Part shown: positions 12,771-25,790 of the stretch, one piece after another
Layout: each line of letters starts with the position of its first letter
Position numbering within the stretch: the stretch's first letter is position 1
NCBI GenBank assembly: GCA_951406725.2
Contig: OX597833.1
Location: 30,194,001-30,258,000, forward strand
DNA: 64,000 nt
Direction: 5' to 3'
From: Octopus vulgaris
Lineage: Eukaryota
Position numbers and translations under genes: made by a program
Notes under the pieces: generated by a model
Told to the model about the DNA's origin: nothing
What the model saw: the letters and a program-made list of their open reading frames with translations, nothing else
Database searches by the model: none

Positions 12771-13531
12771 GTGTGTGTATGTGTATTTGCGTGTAGTTTT
12801 GTGTAGAGCTGTTTAATACAGAATTGCCGTGAAGTAATGCTACAACTGCTATACATGTACAGACACATTGTAGACCACATCCATAAAAGATGTATTCACC
12901 AACATTTTACTATTATTAATTCTGTTTCCACCTACCCCTTCTTCCACTACTACTATAAAAGATTTTTCTCTTGAACTAACACACTGAATTCCAACTGCAC
13001 CTGAACCCACCCTGCTTAATCTGCATTATCTCCTTACACCTACACCTCAAAGTCTCATCAAAACACTTTGCTTGCCCTGCAATACTGAAGAACTCCTTTC
13101 TTACCTACATTACTATGTTGATATCAATTTGTAGAAACCAGTCAGATTGATCTTAGCAGCCTTGCTGTGCTGCAAATGTTTGGTCACTGCACTTGTGCTA
13201 ACACTGAACTTTAAACAAAAGTATTCATACCGGTGCCATGTAAGGGTGCTCACACCAGTGTCACATTGAAAGCACCCAGTACACTGTAAAGTGAGTGGTG
13301 TTAGGAAGGACATCCAGTTGTAGAAACCATGCCAAATCAAACTGGAACCTGGTGCAGCTCTCCTGCTTGCCAACTCTTGTCAAGCCATCCAACCCATGCA
13401 TCAAAAATAGACATTAAAGGAGGAGATGGATGAGAATATATTTGAACTGTTGTAACCATAACAGGTTGCAGTAACTGTGTTTAACATCTGGCTTGTTGTG
13501 GCTGCAACACACATATAGGTTCATTATAAAT

Positions 13532-13950
13532 GGCATTTAGAGTGGCTGTGTGGTAAGTAGCTTGCTAACCAACCACATGGTTCCGGGTTCAGTCCCACTG
13601 CGTGGCATCTTGGGCAAGTGTCTTCTGCTATAGCCCCGGGCCGACCAATGCCTTGTGAGTGGATTTGGTAGACGGAAACTGAAAGAAGCCTGTCGTATAT
13701 ATGTGTATATATATATGTATATGTGTGTGTTTGTGTGTCTGTATTTGTCCCCCTAGCATCGCTTGACAACCGATGCTTGTGTGTTTACGTCCCCGTCACT
13801 TAGCGGTTCGGCAAAAAAGAGACCGATAGAATAAGTACTGGGCTTACAAAGAATAAGTCCCGGGGTCGAGTTGCTCGATTAAAGGCGGTGCTCCAGCATG
13901 GCCGCAGTCAAATGACTGAAAACAAGTAAAAGAGTAAAAGTAAAGAGAGT
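13532..13950 (+). repeat. full-length tRNA-derived SINE with internal (TA/TG)n
   Basis: Box A tggctgtgtgg 13543-13553 and box B ggttcagtccc 13586-13596, then a CORE-like ttgggcaagtgtctt and an A-rich tail. Related copies lie at ~22228(+), 23555(+), 34960-35245(-), 38960-39317(-), 42945-43280(-) and 43775-43915(+). Confidence 0.85.
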
Positions 13951-14789
13951 GCTGAATTGATCAAAGAAGTGTTTATGACTTTGTTTTGCAAGATTCCTGA
14001 TGTGGAATCATGTGTTGAAACAGATATTGTTATATTTCAGGATGCTTTCCTTTTCTTTTCTTTTTTCTTGCCAAATAAACATACGCACTATATCTTCATT
14101 CTTCACTCATTTATTATTATTATTATTTTATCTTATGTTCATTTGTCTGGAAATCTTTCATCAAAATAGGAGGACACACATGGGATGGAAGAGTTGCTGA
14201 AGAAGTCACAGGTGTGTGACGAAAGATTTCCAGACAATGGACATAAGATAAAATATGAACAATGATAAATGAGTGAAGAACGAATATATATAGTGCATGT
14301 GTTTATTTGGCAGGAAAAAAATGACCATCCTGAAATATAACAATGACCAAAAAAGATTTGCAGAGAATTTGTTAAAGCAGGCTTAAAAATGCTTGACCCA
14401 AAAATTTAGGGAACACAGTACCATAATGTGTGAAACCCATAGCAACAGAAGTTTGGGCAATGACATTTGTTATTGTCATTGTTATATAAACCCAAATCAG
14501 CTCTAATGAAGCAAATCAATGAACAGAGACATTCTACCCATGACCATACTTTTTTTTTTTTTTACTATATATAAGCAACAAAATGGCAGTATCATTAGAG
14601 TTTGGATAGAATGTCTCATGGTATTTACGAGAGAAAGTAAAAAATTATCCACACTTTCTCCATAACATCTCTTTATTATTGTCACACTGGCTTTTGCACG
14701 TGCATGCTTATAGTTGGTACTATTGTAGTCATGTGATTGAAGCTTGAGCTTGATTTCGCCAATTTTCTTTCTGGCTTTCTGGCCGCTCC

Positions 14790-15570
14790 ACTACCAATGT
14801 GCCCCAAAGAAAAATAAAAAGCAGTGATCAGATTTCTTTGGTTGGAAGGTATGTTAGGTGCTGAAATTCATTGGAGGCTTTTAGCACTACTGCATAGAAG
14901 TGTGTATGAATGGATCAAGAAGTTTAAAAGTGACCAGACAAACATGGCACATGAAGAGGGAGCAGGACACCCATCAACCTCCACCACTGACAAGAAGATT
15001 CAGCAAGTTTGAGAGGTAGTAATGGTGAATCAGCAAGTTATCATTGATGAGGTAGCTCATTCTCTGCATATTAGTCATAGTTCTGCTTATCAAATCATCC
15101 ACGACAAGCTCAGCTTCCATAAAGTCTGTGCAAGATGGGTGCCAAGAGAGCTTACTGCAGAGAAGAAGTGCAAACATCTTGAGGTCTGCCAACGTTTATT
15201 CGATTGCTACAACAACAAAGGCAAAAGATTTTTGAGCAGAATAGTCAAGGAGATGAAACATGGGTCTATCATTATGAGACAGAATCCAAAAGACAGAGTA
15301 TGGAGTGGAAACATCCTGGCTCGCGAGCAACAAAGAAATTCAAAACTCTGTCTTCCACAGGAAAGGTGATACTAACCCATTTTTGGGACTCAAAAAGGCC
15401 TATACTGGAAGACTACCTGGAAAAAGGGTGTACAATCAACAGTGCAAAATAGAGTGCTTTGCTGACCAACAAACTGAAACCAGTAATTCACACCAAATGC
15501 CGAAGTCTATTGTCAAAGAAAGTTTTGTTGTTGCATGACGATGCACACCCACACAATGCCAACCATATAT
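14790..15570 (+). mobile_element. decayed mariner transposase
   Basis: AVIRFLWLEG..EIH, WVPREL, GDETWVYHYETESKRQSMEWKH and LLHDDAHPH occur across frameshifted ORFs. Confidence 0.9.
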
Positions 15571-15939
15571 TAACTCTGCAATCTGAATTAAAATACCATC
15601 AAGTTAGCCTTTCATCATTTTGAATTGACAGAGCTGTTGGAGCATTGGGCAAAATGTGTTGTGATATTTGACAACACCCGCAACAACACTGATGTGAAGT
15701 TGATCATAGTGAGGACGTTTGATGATTGGAATTAGATGATAGTGGTGTTTGTGTTAGTGGAAAATGTTAGATGATAATGAGGATGACTAGAAGTTGATCA
15801 TCATCATTATCACCACTGTATTTATATTAAAAGTAGAGTTCTTTTTATTCAGATAATCATTTTGAAGGCAACAATAGTCATAATCAAAATTTAGACTCAA
15901 AAATATATAATTAATTAACATCTACCTAATCCTGTTATA

Positions 15940-16150
15940 TTGGTTTCAAATTTTGGCACAAGGCCAGAAATTTCAGGGAGGGGTTAAGTAGATTACATTT
16001 AACCCAGTGTTCAACTGGTACTTATTTTATAGACCCTGAATGGATGAAAGGCAAAGTTGACCTTGGTGGCATTTGAATTCAGAATGTAAAGAACGACAAA
16101 ATGCCACTAAGCATTTTGCCCCACACAGTAACAATTCTGCAAGCTTACCT
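15940..16150 (-). repeat. Nin/Deu-domain-like SINE
   Basis: Reverse complement of the gcctttcatcc...gggtc.ataaaataagtaccag core seen at 25621. Confidence 0.75.
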
Positions 16151-16437
16151 CCTTATCCTAATCCTGTTGTATTAATCTATCTGAGATCACCTTTGTTTCT
16201 CTGGAACGAAACTACCTGCTTTAAAGTGTACATACCTAAATTAAAAACATTCAATCCTTCCAATTTCTTGATCATTTTCAAAATTAATAAAAAATATGTA
16301 CAGACAAATTATTTCATTAGAAATATACTCACGCATCAGCTTGAGTATATTATGTAATCTTATTTTTTTTAAATTAAAAAGCATGTAGATTCATATTTTA
16401 TGTAAATTCTTCTTACCTTTGGTTTAATCCATTTCAG

Positions 16438-16650
16438 GTGACATGGTGGTTCCAACCAAACCCAAGGTGACAAAGCAAAGTGATACATCTGTATTGGTTG
16501 AATGGACAATTCCTGATAATGACGGCCTGGCAATCAAGTTTTTCATTGTACAATACAAGAAAGTTTTCCCAAAGAAATATCATTGGCAAACTGAAGAAGA
16601 ACAAATTCTCAGTAAATACCGCAAAGTCACCGTCAATCGTCTTAAATCCG
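16438..16650 (+). CDS. ihog: Ihog/CDON/BOC-like exon: FN3-1, N-terminal part
   Basis: Acceptor tttcAG|GT, donor G|GTTTGT, phase 1 to 1. DMVVPTKPKVTKQSDTSVLVEWTIPDNDGLAIKFFIVQYKK...WQT resembles Drosophila Ihog Fn1 as recalled ([36 protein letters not shown]). Confidence 0.93.
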
Positions 16651-16902
16651 GTTTGTTTCTTCTTTCTGTTTCTTGTTTGTTGCTGTTGTTTAGTCCTAGT
16701 TCAGTCATGGTCAAACCATGCAGACTTATTATCAAAGGCTTTTCCACCATAATCATCCTGTGTTTTATCTAACATTATGTACTCAAAATTATATTATCTA
16801 AAGGTTTTGTCATGATTTCAATGTGTTTATGCAACCTTTGATCACAAGTTTGACTACCCAGATCTCACCTGAGACTAAAACAAGAACATTAAATCTAGCA
16901 TG

Positions 16903-19900
16903 CATTGGGAAATGAAAGGAGTTTCACCTACCTTCCTCTCTTGTCTTTGTCTAGTAGTAATCTCTCTGGCAATCCTGCCCTGCCCCTGTCACCCAGTATA
17001 AGCAGCTGCTATTTGACCAACTTAGGAATAAATTCCCTGATGTCCGTTCACAATGCCTCCGGTGGTCAAGAAGAGGCCAACCCTTGCCTCTCTCCCCCCA
17101 CTTCCCTTCTCACGCTTTCTTTTCTGGTCAGTCCCTTGACCATTGATGACATGACCCTTTTCTTCCAGCTCATCCTCACATGACCCCCTGATCTCAAAGA
17201 TCACCTCCTCGCTTCACTCCATGGGTGGGTGCCTTGCACATCGTGATCTTCTTAAGCTGGGAACCTCATTCTCTTCTTCCTCTCCACAATCATCATCCGA
17301 TGAAATGACAATCTTACAAACATCTAAGACATGATGTGGCATTCCATCCACAGAAATGTTGTTTTTGGAATTGGCAGCCATCACTATTCCACTGAATTGT
17401 GCAGCTTGGTGGCTTGAAGATAGGCCCCTTCTCTCTTCTACAGAGCATCTTGATAGCATCTTGATAGTTTACTTGGATGCTGCCATTCATATTTGCATAT
17501 TGCTCTATGTGGCACAGACCATTCAGTCTGTCCTGAACAAGGCAACATGTTGTACCAGAAAACTGCTTCCAGTGGCGAGACATGTCCCCTCTCCACCATG
17601 GCCTTGATAGTGTCTCTCCACGATCCCATTTCCTCTCGGCCTATATACCACTCTGAAAAAGTGGTGCACTTTCCACCTGTCAAGTATCTCCTTCAGCACC
17701 TCTGAACAAAACACTGTGCTGTTGTCTATCAGCAATTTATCCACTGTGCCCCACTCTAAGAGTACCTCGTTTAGAATATGTGCCATCTCGTCCACGGTGC
17801 CTGTCCCCAATTCCCTCCAAATGGCCATCCAACCTTGCTCACAGTCATCCATCGAGAGATATGTTCTCTGCCAGTAGTGTGTTATATCCACTGCTAATTG
17901 TTTCCAGTTGTGCTCTACCGAATTGTTTCCCTGCTCATGCACACCCAGAGCAGGGTTGATGGATTGATACCTATTGCAATTCCCAACCACCTTTTGGATG
18001 CTCCATCTGGTAACACTGGCATCAATCCTCCTGGTGAGATACAGGGTCCTATCTACACCCATATGATACATTGTATGCAGTCTCCTTAGCTTAGAGTCAT
18101 TTAACCGACACACTGCAGCTACCCCTTGCTTCGATTCTTCTGGCTCCCCTAACCAGGCCTTTTATACCCTGGTTAGAACTTCTGCTTTGTTTCTCTCTGA
18201 ATACATTCAGTTTCAGGCCGATCTTGCCAATTAGCTCTCCTAGAACCCCTAGGTGGTGCTTCACTAACATTTCTGCAGCCTCTTTGGTTTGCATCCTCTT
18301 CTCATCAGTAATCACCAAGCACAGTTGCCAAATCCGTCCGGATTTCAATGGAGCGCAGTCCCCATTTCAAGGCCAAATTCACTCCCTTCAGTACTATATC
18401 CAACTCAGCAATATTGATGTGGTTGTAGTCATTTGCTTTTCAAAGCCAGGCCGCATCTTCCACTTCAGCACCTCCGATTTCCAACACAACCCCTTTTGTC
18501 ATGACAAAAGGGTTGTGTTGGATCACAACACACTATACAGTCCTGTTATCCAATTTGGGCACATGCCAATTCCCTCTGACCGGGTCTTCTGCCCTTGTTC
18601 TCTCTAGAATTTCCTGCATCATCGCCACCGTCCCCTCTTTCAGCTTCTCACCCCAGTTCTCCTCTTCTGCTCATCTCTTGGTGTAACTGCATGCCATACG
18701 CAGCCACCCCACAATCGGGTAGTGACCTACTAATTTCCTGCACATCGAGAACAGTTCTCTCCTGCTGACATTGGTACCCAGCTCCGGGATCTCATTCCAA
18801 AACACCAACATGCCTGTTCTGTCTCTCTGAAACCCAGTGCAACACCTCCAGCCACTGGTTCCGGTGGCTTCGCAATCAGTCCAAATTTCTTCAGATGTCT
18901 CACAACCTCTGTGGCAAGCACTACGGTCTCATCCACTTGGATGTCATCTATGTAGGAACTCATGGCCCTTCTTATCCTATCCACATTTTCTAGGATGGAT
19001 TTGAGCACTGTCACCATGATTTTCAGCACAGAATTCAGCCCCAAACCCAGCCTTGTCAGACAATATGTCAGGCCCTTGTATCACACCAGCTAGTATTGCC
19101 ACAGTTTGTCGCTCATATGGAGCTGCAAATATGCCCACTTCAAGTCAATGATCGTCACTGCCTTAGTTGACTGTCTCCACAGGTGCAGTATCTCATTGCA
19201 GATGTTTGTCGCCTCGCCAACTGTGTGACACAATACATGGCCATTAGAGGTAGCACTCCGCTCACCACCTCCTCCTTCTTTAATCCACCTCTCTACCTCT
19301 TCTTCAAACTCGCACCTGGCATGTCCTTTCAGAGTATGCTGGTAGCAACTCACCCTGTTCTTCAGCATCGGGGGCTCCTCTTTCCAGTGCCACTCTATCA
19401 TCCACCAATGACCATCAAATGCTGCCCAAAAATCCTTGTCTTCAATGGTGTAGGCAGTACAGCTCTTCATGAAGCTCTGCTCCTGCTCACATTCCTGACT
19501 CACAGCACCAAACGAAACCACATCTCCTCCAACACTGAAACCTCCAAGGTGGTCAATCGCGTCCATTCCCATTACCACATCAATCCCATCTACCACGTGG
19601 TCACTCATGATCGCCTGCAACTTTAGCATTGTGCCTTGCATTGCTATCTCCACATCACTGCTACCCTTGCATTTATTTCACTGCCGTCAACCACCCGAAC
19701 ACTACTCATCCCCTTCCATTTCTTTGTCACCCTCAGGGTCACGAGAGTTGTTATGCAGCCCGTGTCCATGTGGGCCATGAACATGTTTCCCTCAACCATG
19801 ACCTCAACTACGGGGAGCGACTTCACCAATGCCTTTACTGATTCATGGAGGAAGGTTGAGAGGCAGCAACTTCCCCATGGCCTTTTCTCTGACCACAATT

Positions 19901-20886
19901 TCGAGCGATATATCCAGTCTGTTTGCACCAGTAGCAAACCAGTCCAGGCTCCATGCAGCCCCTTGCCATGTGTGGTCTGTGGAACTTAAAACACCAGCCT
20001 GTGAACGGCTGCTGTCGTTCCACAGCTGGCCTCTTTCCATCTTTCACTGGCATCACGGGCTTCAGCAGCCACCATCACCACTACCTTCTGCCCGGTGTTT
20101 TGTGTCAACACATGGGCTTGACGCCATTTTGTTGCCACCTGGCAATTGTTGTAGTCGCACCGACATGTCATCGGGAAAGCCATTCCTGTAGGTCAGTCAT
20201 GTTACCTTCTCCAGTCTCTTTCTGCTGAGACCAGACAGCACAACCAGCCTCCATACCTCCACAGCATATTTGTCAATCTGTTCCCCTGTCCATCTGACTG
20301 TTTCCAGTTTTGCTAAAGCAATGTACTCTCCTCTGTGTAAGCCTCTCTCAAGCGCTTCACGGTCTTTGCCACACTCAGTTGTTCTTCTTCATCCATTTTG
20401 AGGTAAAGTGCCAGCGCACTCCCCTCCAAATACAGCACCATGAGGCTTGGCTACGTCTTCAATGCCTTGTAACCTTGCCACAACTTTGGCCTTTCAAATC
20501 CAGGCTACTACGTCTCCTTCACCGTAGAAAGGTCTGGTGACATCACAGCTGATACTTATCTTCACTGCCATCATATATTAAGGGGGCAACAACATCTGTA
20601 TACGATTGCTGAAATAGCTTGTCATGTGTGGGAAATGAAAAGAGGTTCACCTACCTTCCTCTCTCGTCTTCACCTGTCTAGTAGTAATCTCTCCAGCAAT
20701 CCTGCCCTACCCCTGTCACCCAGTATAAGCTGCTGCTATCTGACCAACCTGGGAGCGAATTCCCTGACATCTGTTCACGATGCCTCCAGTGGGCAAGAAG
20801 AGGCCGACCCCTGCCTCTCGCGCTCCTCTTCCAGTCAGTCCCTCTTCTTCCATGTCATGACCCTCTTCTTTCCACTCATCCCAACA
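16903..20886 (-). mobile_element. Gypsy/Ty3 LTR retrotransposon, decayed, both LTRs present
   Basis: Diverged direct repeats at ~16903-17180 and ~20627-20886, each ending CA. On the minus strand: gag with zinc knuckle CYWCKQTGYIARNC, protease MDTGC, RT YIDDI, integrase LAVDITHY...LLIDNS...GNGIVER. Purine tract gagatcaggggg lies next to the 3' LTR. Confidence 0.92.
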
Positions 20887-21064
20887 AAATAAATGATTAA
20901 GTGAAAAACTTTCTTTATTTTGAAGATCAATTGAAACACAATCAGAGTAAGACAGTATTGTTTTTATGTTAAAAATATATTCACAAAATGGTTTAACACT
21001 AAATTGAAATCAAAGTTTGTAATATAATGTGGCATAATATTTTCTTATATTTTTCTATTTTCAG

Positions 21065-21258
21065 GTGCCACCTATAAATTCCGAATAGTGGCAGTTTATA
21101 GCAATGATGACAATGCTCCAGGAGACAACTCTGACCCTTTTACATTGGAATCTGATGGTGATCACAGCTCAGTAAAGCGTTTAATTGATGGACCAACAAT
21201 TGTCAAAGTTGAAGAATTAGTCGTTGACAAAATTTATGCCATAGTTGTTGAATGGAAG
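21065..21258 (+). CDS. ihog: Ihog/CDON/BOC-like exon: end of FN3-1, start of FN3-2
   Basis: Acceptor tttcAG|GT, donor AAG|GTAAAG, phase 1 to 0. GATYKFRIVAVYSNDDN matches the Ihog motif TYRFRILAVYSNNDN. Confidence 0.95.
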
Positions 21259-22700
21259 GTAAAGATTTCATGTTTATAGTTAATCATAATATTTGATGTT
21301 TAGAGAAAGTAGTTTTCATCTAAGGCTGTGAAGATTTGTCATATTTGTTCTAGTACTTAATATTTTGATATCATCTCATCTGTATCTAGCCTCAGGTATC
21401 TTGTAAGATAAATACCTGAAGAGAGGTTACAGGAAACCACCCTTGTATTCTTCCTCAAAAATTCCATAACAAGCACAGAGCACTTGTCATGGAGGTCATC
21501 GAGAATCATCGGCCTGATGACATAGAAATAGTATTTACTTGTGGTCAAAATTTGATATTTTGAGGAATAGTTTAGTACAGAGTTATAAGTTTGACTAAAC
21601 TCAACCAAAAATTTAATCCTTCTCAGCTCTGTAGGTGTTTGCAAAACTTTCTTGTGTTTAGGCTTGGATCATAGAGCCAAATATAAGCAGGCTGAATTTC
21701 AAAAGACCTAAAAATCAGAATATACAAATATTGGGAAAATGAAAACTTTGAACAGTGAGTTTTTAAATGAATTAAAGGGACTTTGAAAAACAACATTAAA
21801 AAGCATTTATTTAGTTTTAAAGGGGTACTGATTTGAGAAACATAACATATTGACTATTTTTTGTGCTACATCAGGAAAATAAGAAATATGATCTTAAAAA
21901 TATTTATTTACCATTTTAAAATTGAGTTTATTTGAGAACTATGCCAAAATGAAAGGTAAGTGAGATATCATGAACATATTTACTTACTTAAAAAGATAAG
22001 TACATTGCAAGATATGATATCAAAGATACGAGTGAAAACTCAAATGGTTTATTTCTTTCATTATTGCAAATTTTCCTTTTCTTTTTCTACAAATGTGAAC
22101 ATACCAAACTATTAGAAGGCTGAATTTGAATATGCACTTGCATATCTTTTCCCTTCATTCTTTCACTGTATCATCTCAATATACAAAATTTTATCTCTTT
22201 AATCATTTGTTATCTCTGTATTGTATTGTGGTAAGAAGTTTACTTCCCAACCATATAAGTCTAGGTTCAATTGCATTGTGTAGCACCCTGGGCCAACCAT
22301 ATAAGTCTAGGTTCAATTGCATTGTGTAGCACCCTTGGGCCAACTAAAGCCTTTTGAGTAGGTTTGATAAACAGAAACTGAAAAAAGCCCCTCTCTGTGT
22401 ATGCATGCGCACATGTTTATTCTGCCTAAATATAATTATTTCTCTTGATTAAGCAGAAAAACAGTTTTTCTAAAGATCAGGAATATAATGAATTGAATCA
22501 TCCTGAGCACTTTAAAGGGATGAAACTGATCCTGACCAAATTTGAATGCATACAAATTAGGTATAGAATGACAAATCAAAATATTTTAAGTCCACTTTTG
22601 TTTGCTCTTATATAACAACTAGGCACCAATGACAATAAACTGAACTGTATATACTTAATATAAATACTAAAATCTTAGGTTTCTTATTTTCTCATTTCAG

Positions 22701-22920
22701 TATATTCCATTGAAATCAGTTCCAATCAGTGGTTTTATAATTTTCTACAAACGTTACCATTTGGATGTATCGTTTACCAACATAACCCTCTACAAGCCAG
22801 TGCTGCGTAAACACATAATTAAAAACTTGGAACCTGGCACTGATTACAGAATTAAGATGGAGTGTTTTAACAAACATAGTTACAGTAAATTCAGTAACAA
22901 AGTAGTTAAACGGACTTCTC
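22701..22920 (+). CDS. ihog: Ihog/CDON/BOC-like exon: membrane-proximal FN3
   Basis: Acceptor tttcAG|TAT, donor C|GTAAGT, phase 0 to 1. YIPLKSVPISGFIIFYK...LEPGTDYRIKMECFNKHSYSKFSN resembles CDON Fn3 as recalled (YIP..TPIQGFYIYY...[24 protein letters not shown]). Confidence 0.95.
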
Positions 22921-23257
22921 GTAAGTTCTTCTCATTTTCTCCTCTCGTCAACTTTTATTCTGGCTTCTTTCTATCTTCTGATTTTTTTTTTTTCTAGTCA
23001 CCTCTTCATTTGTCTTTTTTATAGATTCTAGTTCCCCTTCTAATTTCTTCTTGCTATTCTTACTTCATCTATTTTCTTCTTACTGTTTGTTCTTCCATTT
23101 CTTTTAGCTCCTTCTTCTCCTTCCTAACTACTATTTCTCCTTCAATTTTTCTTTCTACCTTCTTTTTCAGTTATTTTATGAATGTGTATTGTACTTCCAT
23201 GTGTGTACATATGCATGTATTTATGTATCTATTTATACATGTTATTGTATCTTTCAG

Positions 23258-23277
23258 CTGCTGAAGATTCGTCGTCT

Positions 23278-23309
<32 letters not shown>

Positions 23310-23506
23310 TCCATCAAATTATGATCCAGGCAAGACACAAGTTACCACACTCCAAAATAACAACCACCATGATCATAGCAGTTTCCAGTCTAGTGGAGAA
23401 TTACTTTATAAGATTTTAGGTGGAATTCTTTCAGTAATGGTTCTTGTTCTCCTTGTTCTCATAGTCATGTGTTGTATTCGACAGAGACAACCACCATTTC
23501 CAAGAG
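23258..23506 (+). CDS. ihog: Ihog/CDON/BOC-like exon: poly-Ser stalk and transmembrane helix
   Basis: Acceptor tttcAG|CT, donor G|GTGAGT, phase 1 to 1. SSGELLYKILGGILSVMVLVLLVLIVMCCIRQRQ is a TM helix with stop-transfer basic residues, similar to CDON [20 protein letters not shown]. Confidence 0.93.
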
Positions 23507-23849
23507 GTGAGTATTATTGGAAAGTATTTCACAATATTGCGTATGGCTGAAGGTATGGCTGAGTGTTTAGAAGTTTGCTTTGCAGTCATGAGTCTGAGTC
23601 CACCTCTTGGCACTTTGGGCAAATGGCTTTCACCATAGACAGAAACAGTGTGGAAAACCCTTCGTCACATATTGTGTTATATGATTTAGCCTAGGAATTA
23701 CATTAAAGGTATACTGTGGAATACTCAACCATGTAACCATTAATTTAATGAGTAAGGCTCGTCAAAATCAATATATTTAGCAACATGTTTTGTTTTCAAC
23801 AAATTTTTCATAGCCATTTTAAGAGAACCACATTTGATGAGATAAAATA

Positions 23850-25186
23850 CAGGGTGGGGCAGAGAGTACAAATATTTTTTTAAAAATTCACAAAATCATT
23901 AATTTCAGTTGCAAACAAATTTTATTGACACCAGTGTATTCATATTGAATTAGCATTTGTCAAAATCAAGTGTGGAAAACAACATCCATCATGTGCTGTC
24001 CATTTTCATTGATGCATTTCTGAAGGCGTTTTTGGAAGTTGGCCTCCAATCTCTTCAGCATTACTCTGTCGATTTGGGCAACTTCCAAGTGAATAGCTTC
24101 CTTCAAATTGTTCAGTGTATGGAGCTTATGCACATACACACAGGCCTTGAAGTTTCCCCACAAAAAATAATCTCACATGGATAAATCAGGAAACCAAGGG
24201 AGCCAAGGAATGTCAGCAAACCTGGAAATGAGGTGGTCACTGAAGGGAGGGTGAAGAATGCCCTTTAATGCTCTGGCTATGTGGGCCATCGCCCCATCCT
24301 GCTGAAACCACACACATTGAATAAGCGTACGTTTTCGTCATAATTCAGGCACAAAGAAGTTGTTTATCATCTCGATGTAATGCTCGGAGTTCACTTTTCC
24401 ATTATTGCCTTCAAATAAGTAAGGACCAATGACGGCAGCTTTTCCAACAGCACACCAGACCGCCACTTTTGGGTTGTGCAGTGGTCTTTTTGTTCAGTTC
24501 TCTCAGATTTTGAAGAACCCAGTAACAACAGTTCTCTTGATTCATCATGCCATTGAGATAAAAATGAGTTTATTCACTCATTAGCAAAATGAGGTTGTTA
24601 TTTGCCTCAAAATTGCTTCCATCTGACATGTGAAGTTAAGCCATTGTGCATAGTCCCATGGTTTCAACTGTTGCCCAATGACCAATTTGCACAGGTGGAA
24701 ATGCAGGTCTTCATGCACCTTACTGATCAATTACCTATGCCAAGTTCAGTGGAATGCCTCCGAGCAGAATGATTTGGACTCCATATCAAAGCTTGTCTGA
24801 CATGTTCCACATTTTCCAAGGTCCGTTACCATTTGTGGCAAACCCCACCACCACCACCACCAGTCTCCCATTCATTAGTTTACCTCATGTACGAAGTGCA
24901 TTCACCCAACGTAAGATTGTATTACGAGTGGGAACAGCCTGATTTCGGTGAATATTGAAATGGTGATGAAACTTATGTTGAACTACTGTGACAGACTCAT
25001 TATTCTTCATGTAACTGTCATAGGCAAACACATGATGTTCTATTGTCTACCATGCCATGCCATCACCTGAAAAGAAAAAAAAATGCTAAGACACCACAGA
25101 TTGAATGGTACCTGTCAGATATGTCCCTCCCACTGGGGCTGAGTAATAACCATTTCAAAAACATCTGTTCTCTCTGCCCCACCCAT
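23850..25186 (-). mobile_element. Tc1/mariner-superfamily transposon (DUF4817-type HTH), full-length but decayed
   Basis: TA-flanked TIRs cagggtggggcagagag and ctctctgccccaccc. The minus strand reads ESVTVVQHKFHHHFNIHRNQAVPTRNTILRWV, WFQQDG and DYFLWGNFKACVYVHKLHTLNNLKEAI. Confidence 0.88.
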
Positions 25187-25189
25187 TAG

Positions 25190-25749
25190 CTTAGCATTAT
25201 TTCGCCCATCTTTATGTTCTGAGTTCAAATGGGGTCAACTTTGCCTTTCATCCTTTTGGGGTCAATATAATAAGTACCAGTTGAACGCTGAGGTCAATGT
25301 AATTGACTTTTACTCCACCCCGAAAAAATTGCTAGCTTGTGCCAAAGTACTGATTTTTGTAGGTGTTCTACCTTCAAACTTGTATCAGTCTTTGTGAGTC
25401 ATGTTGGTACCTGATCTTCCTTTCTTGTTTTCCCTTCATTTACTTCATCTTTCTCTCTCTTGTTGTTCATCTTGAATTCACTATGGTGTGATTTGTTGTT
25501 GTTATAATGATGATGATGATGACAGCAAGCTGGCAGAATTGTTAGCATGCCAGGCAAAATGCTTAGCAGTATTTCATCTTCTGCTACATTTTGAGTTCAA
25601 ATTCTTCCAAGGTCGATATTGCCTTTCATCCTTTTGGGGTCGATAAATTAAGTACCAGTGAAACACTGTGAATTAAGTATCAGCAAAACACTGGGGTCGA
25701 TGTAATCCCCTCCTCCCAAATTTCAGGCCTTGTGCCTTTCATAGAAAGG

Positions 25750-25790
<41 letters not shown>

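Noticed and set aside
13532-13610. tRNA gene
   Set aside because: Box A/B are present, but the sequence continues into a multi-copy SINE body with no convincing cloverleaf.
14170-14211. Possible 42-nt phase 1 to 1 exon (GHTWDGRVAEEVT)
   Set aside because: It is frame-compatible, but the acceptor is A-rich (caaaatag), the donor is weak (GTGTGT) and I recognise no family similarity. It needs RNA evidence.
23189-23419. Poly-His ORF
   Set aside because: It is an alternative frame of the (TCA)n repeat. Splice phase and the TM helix support the poly-Ser frame.
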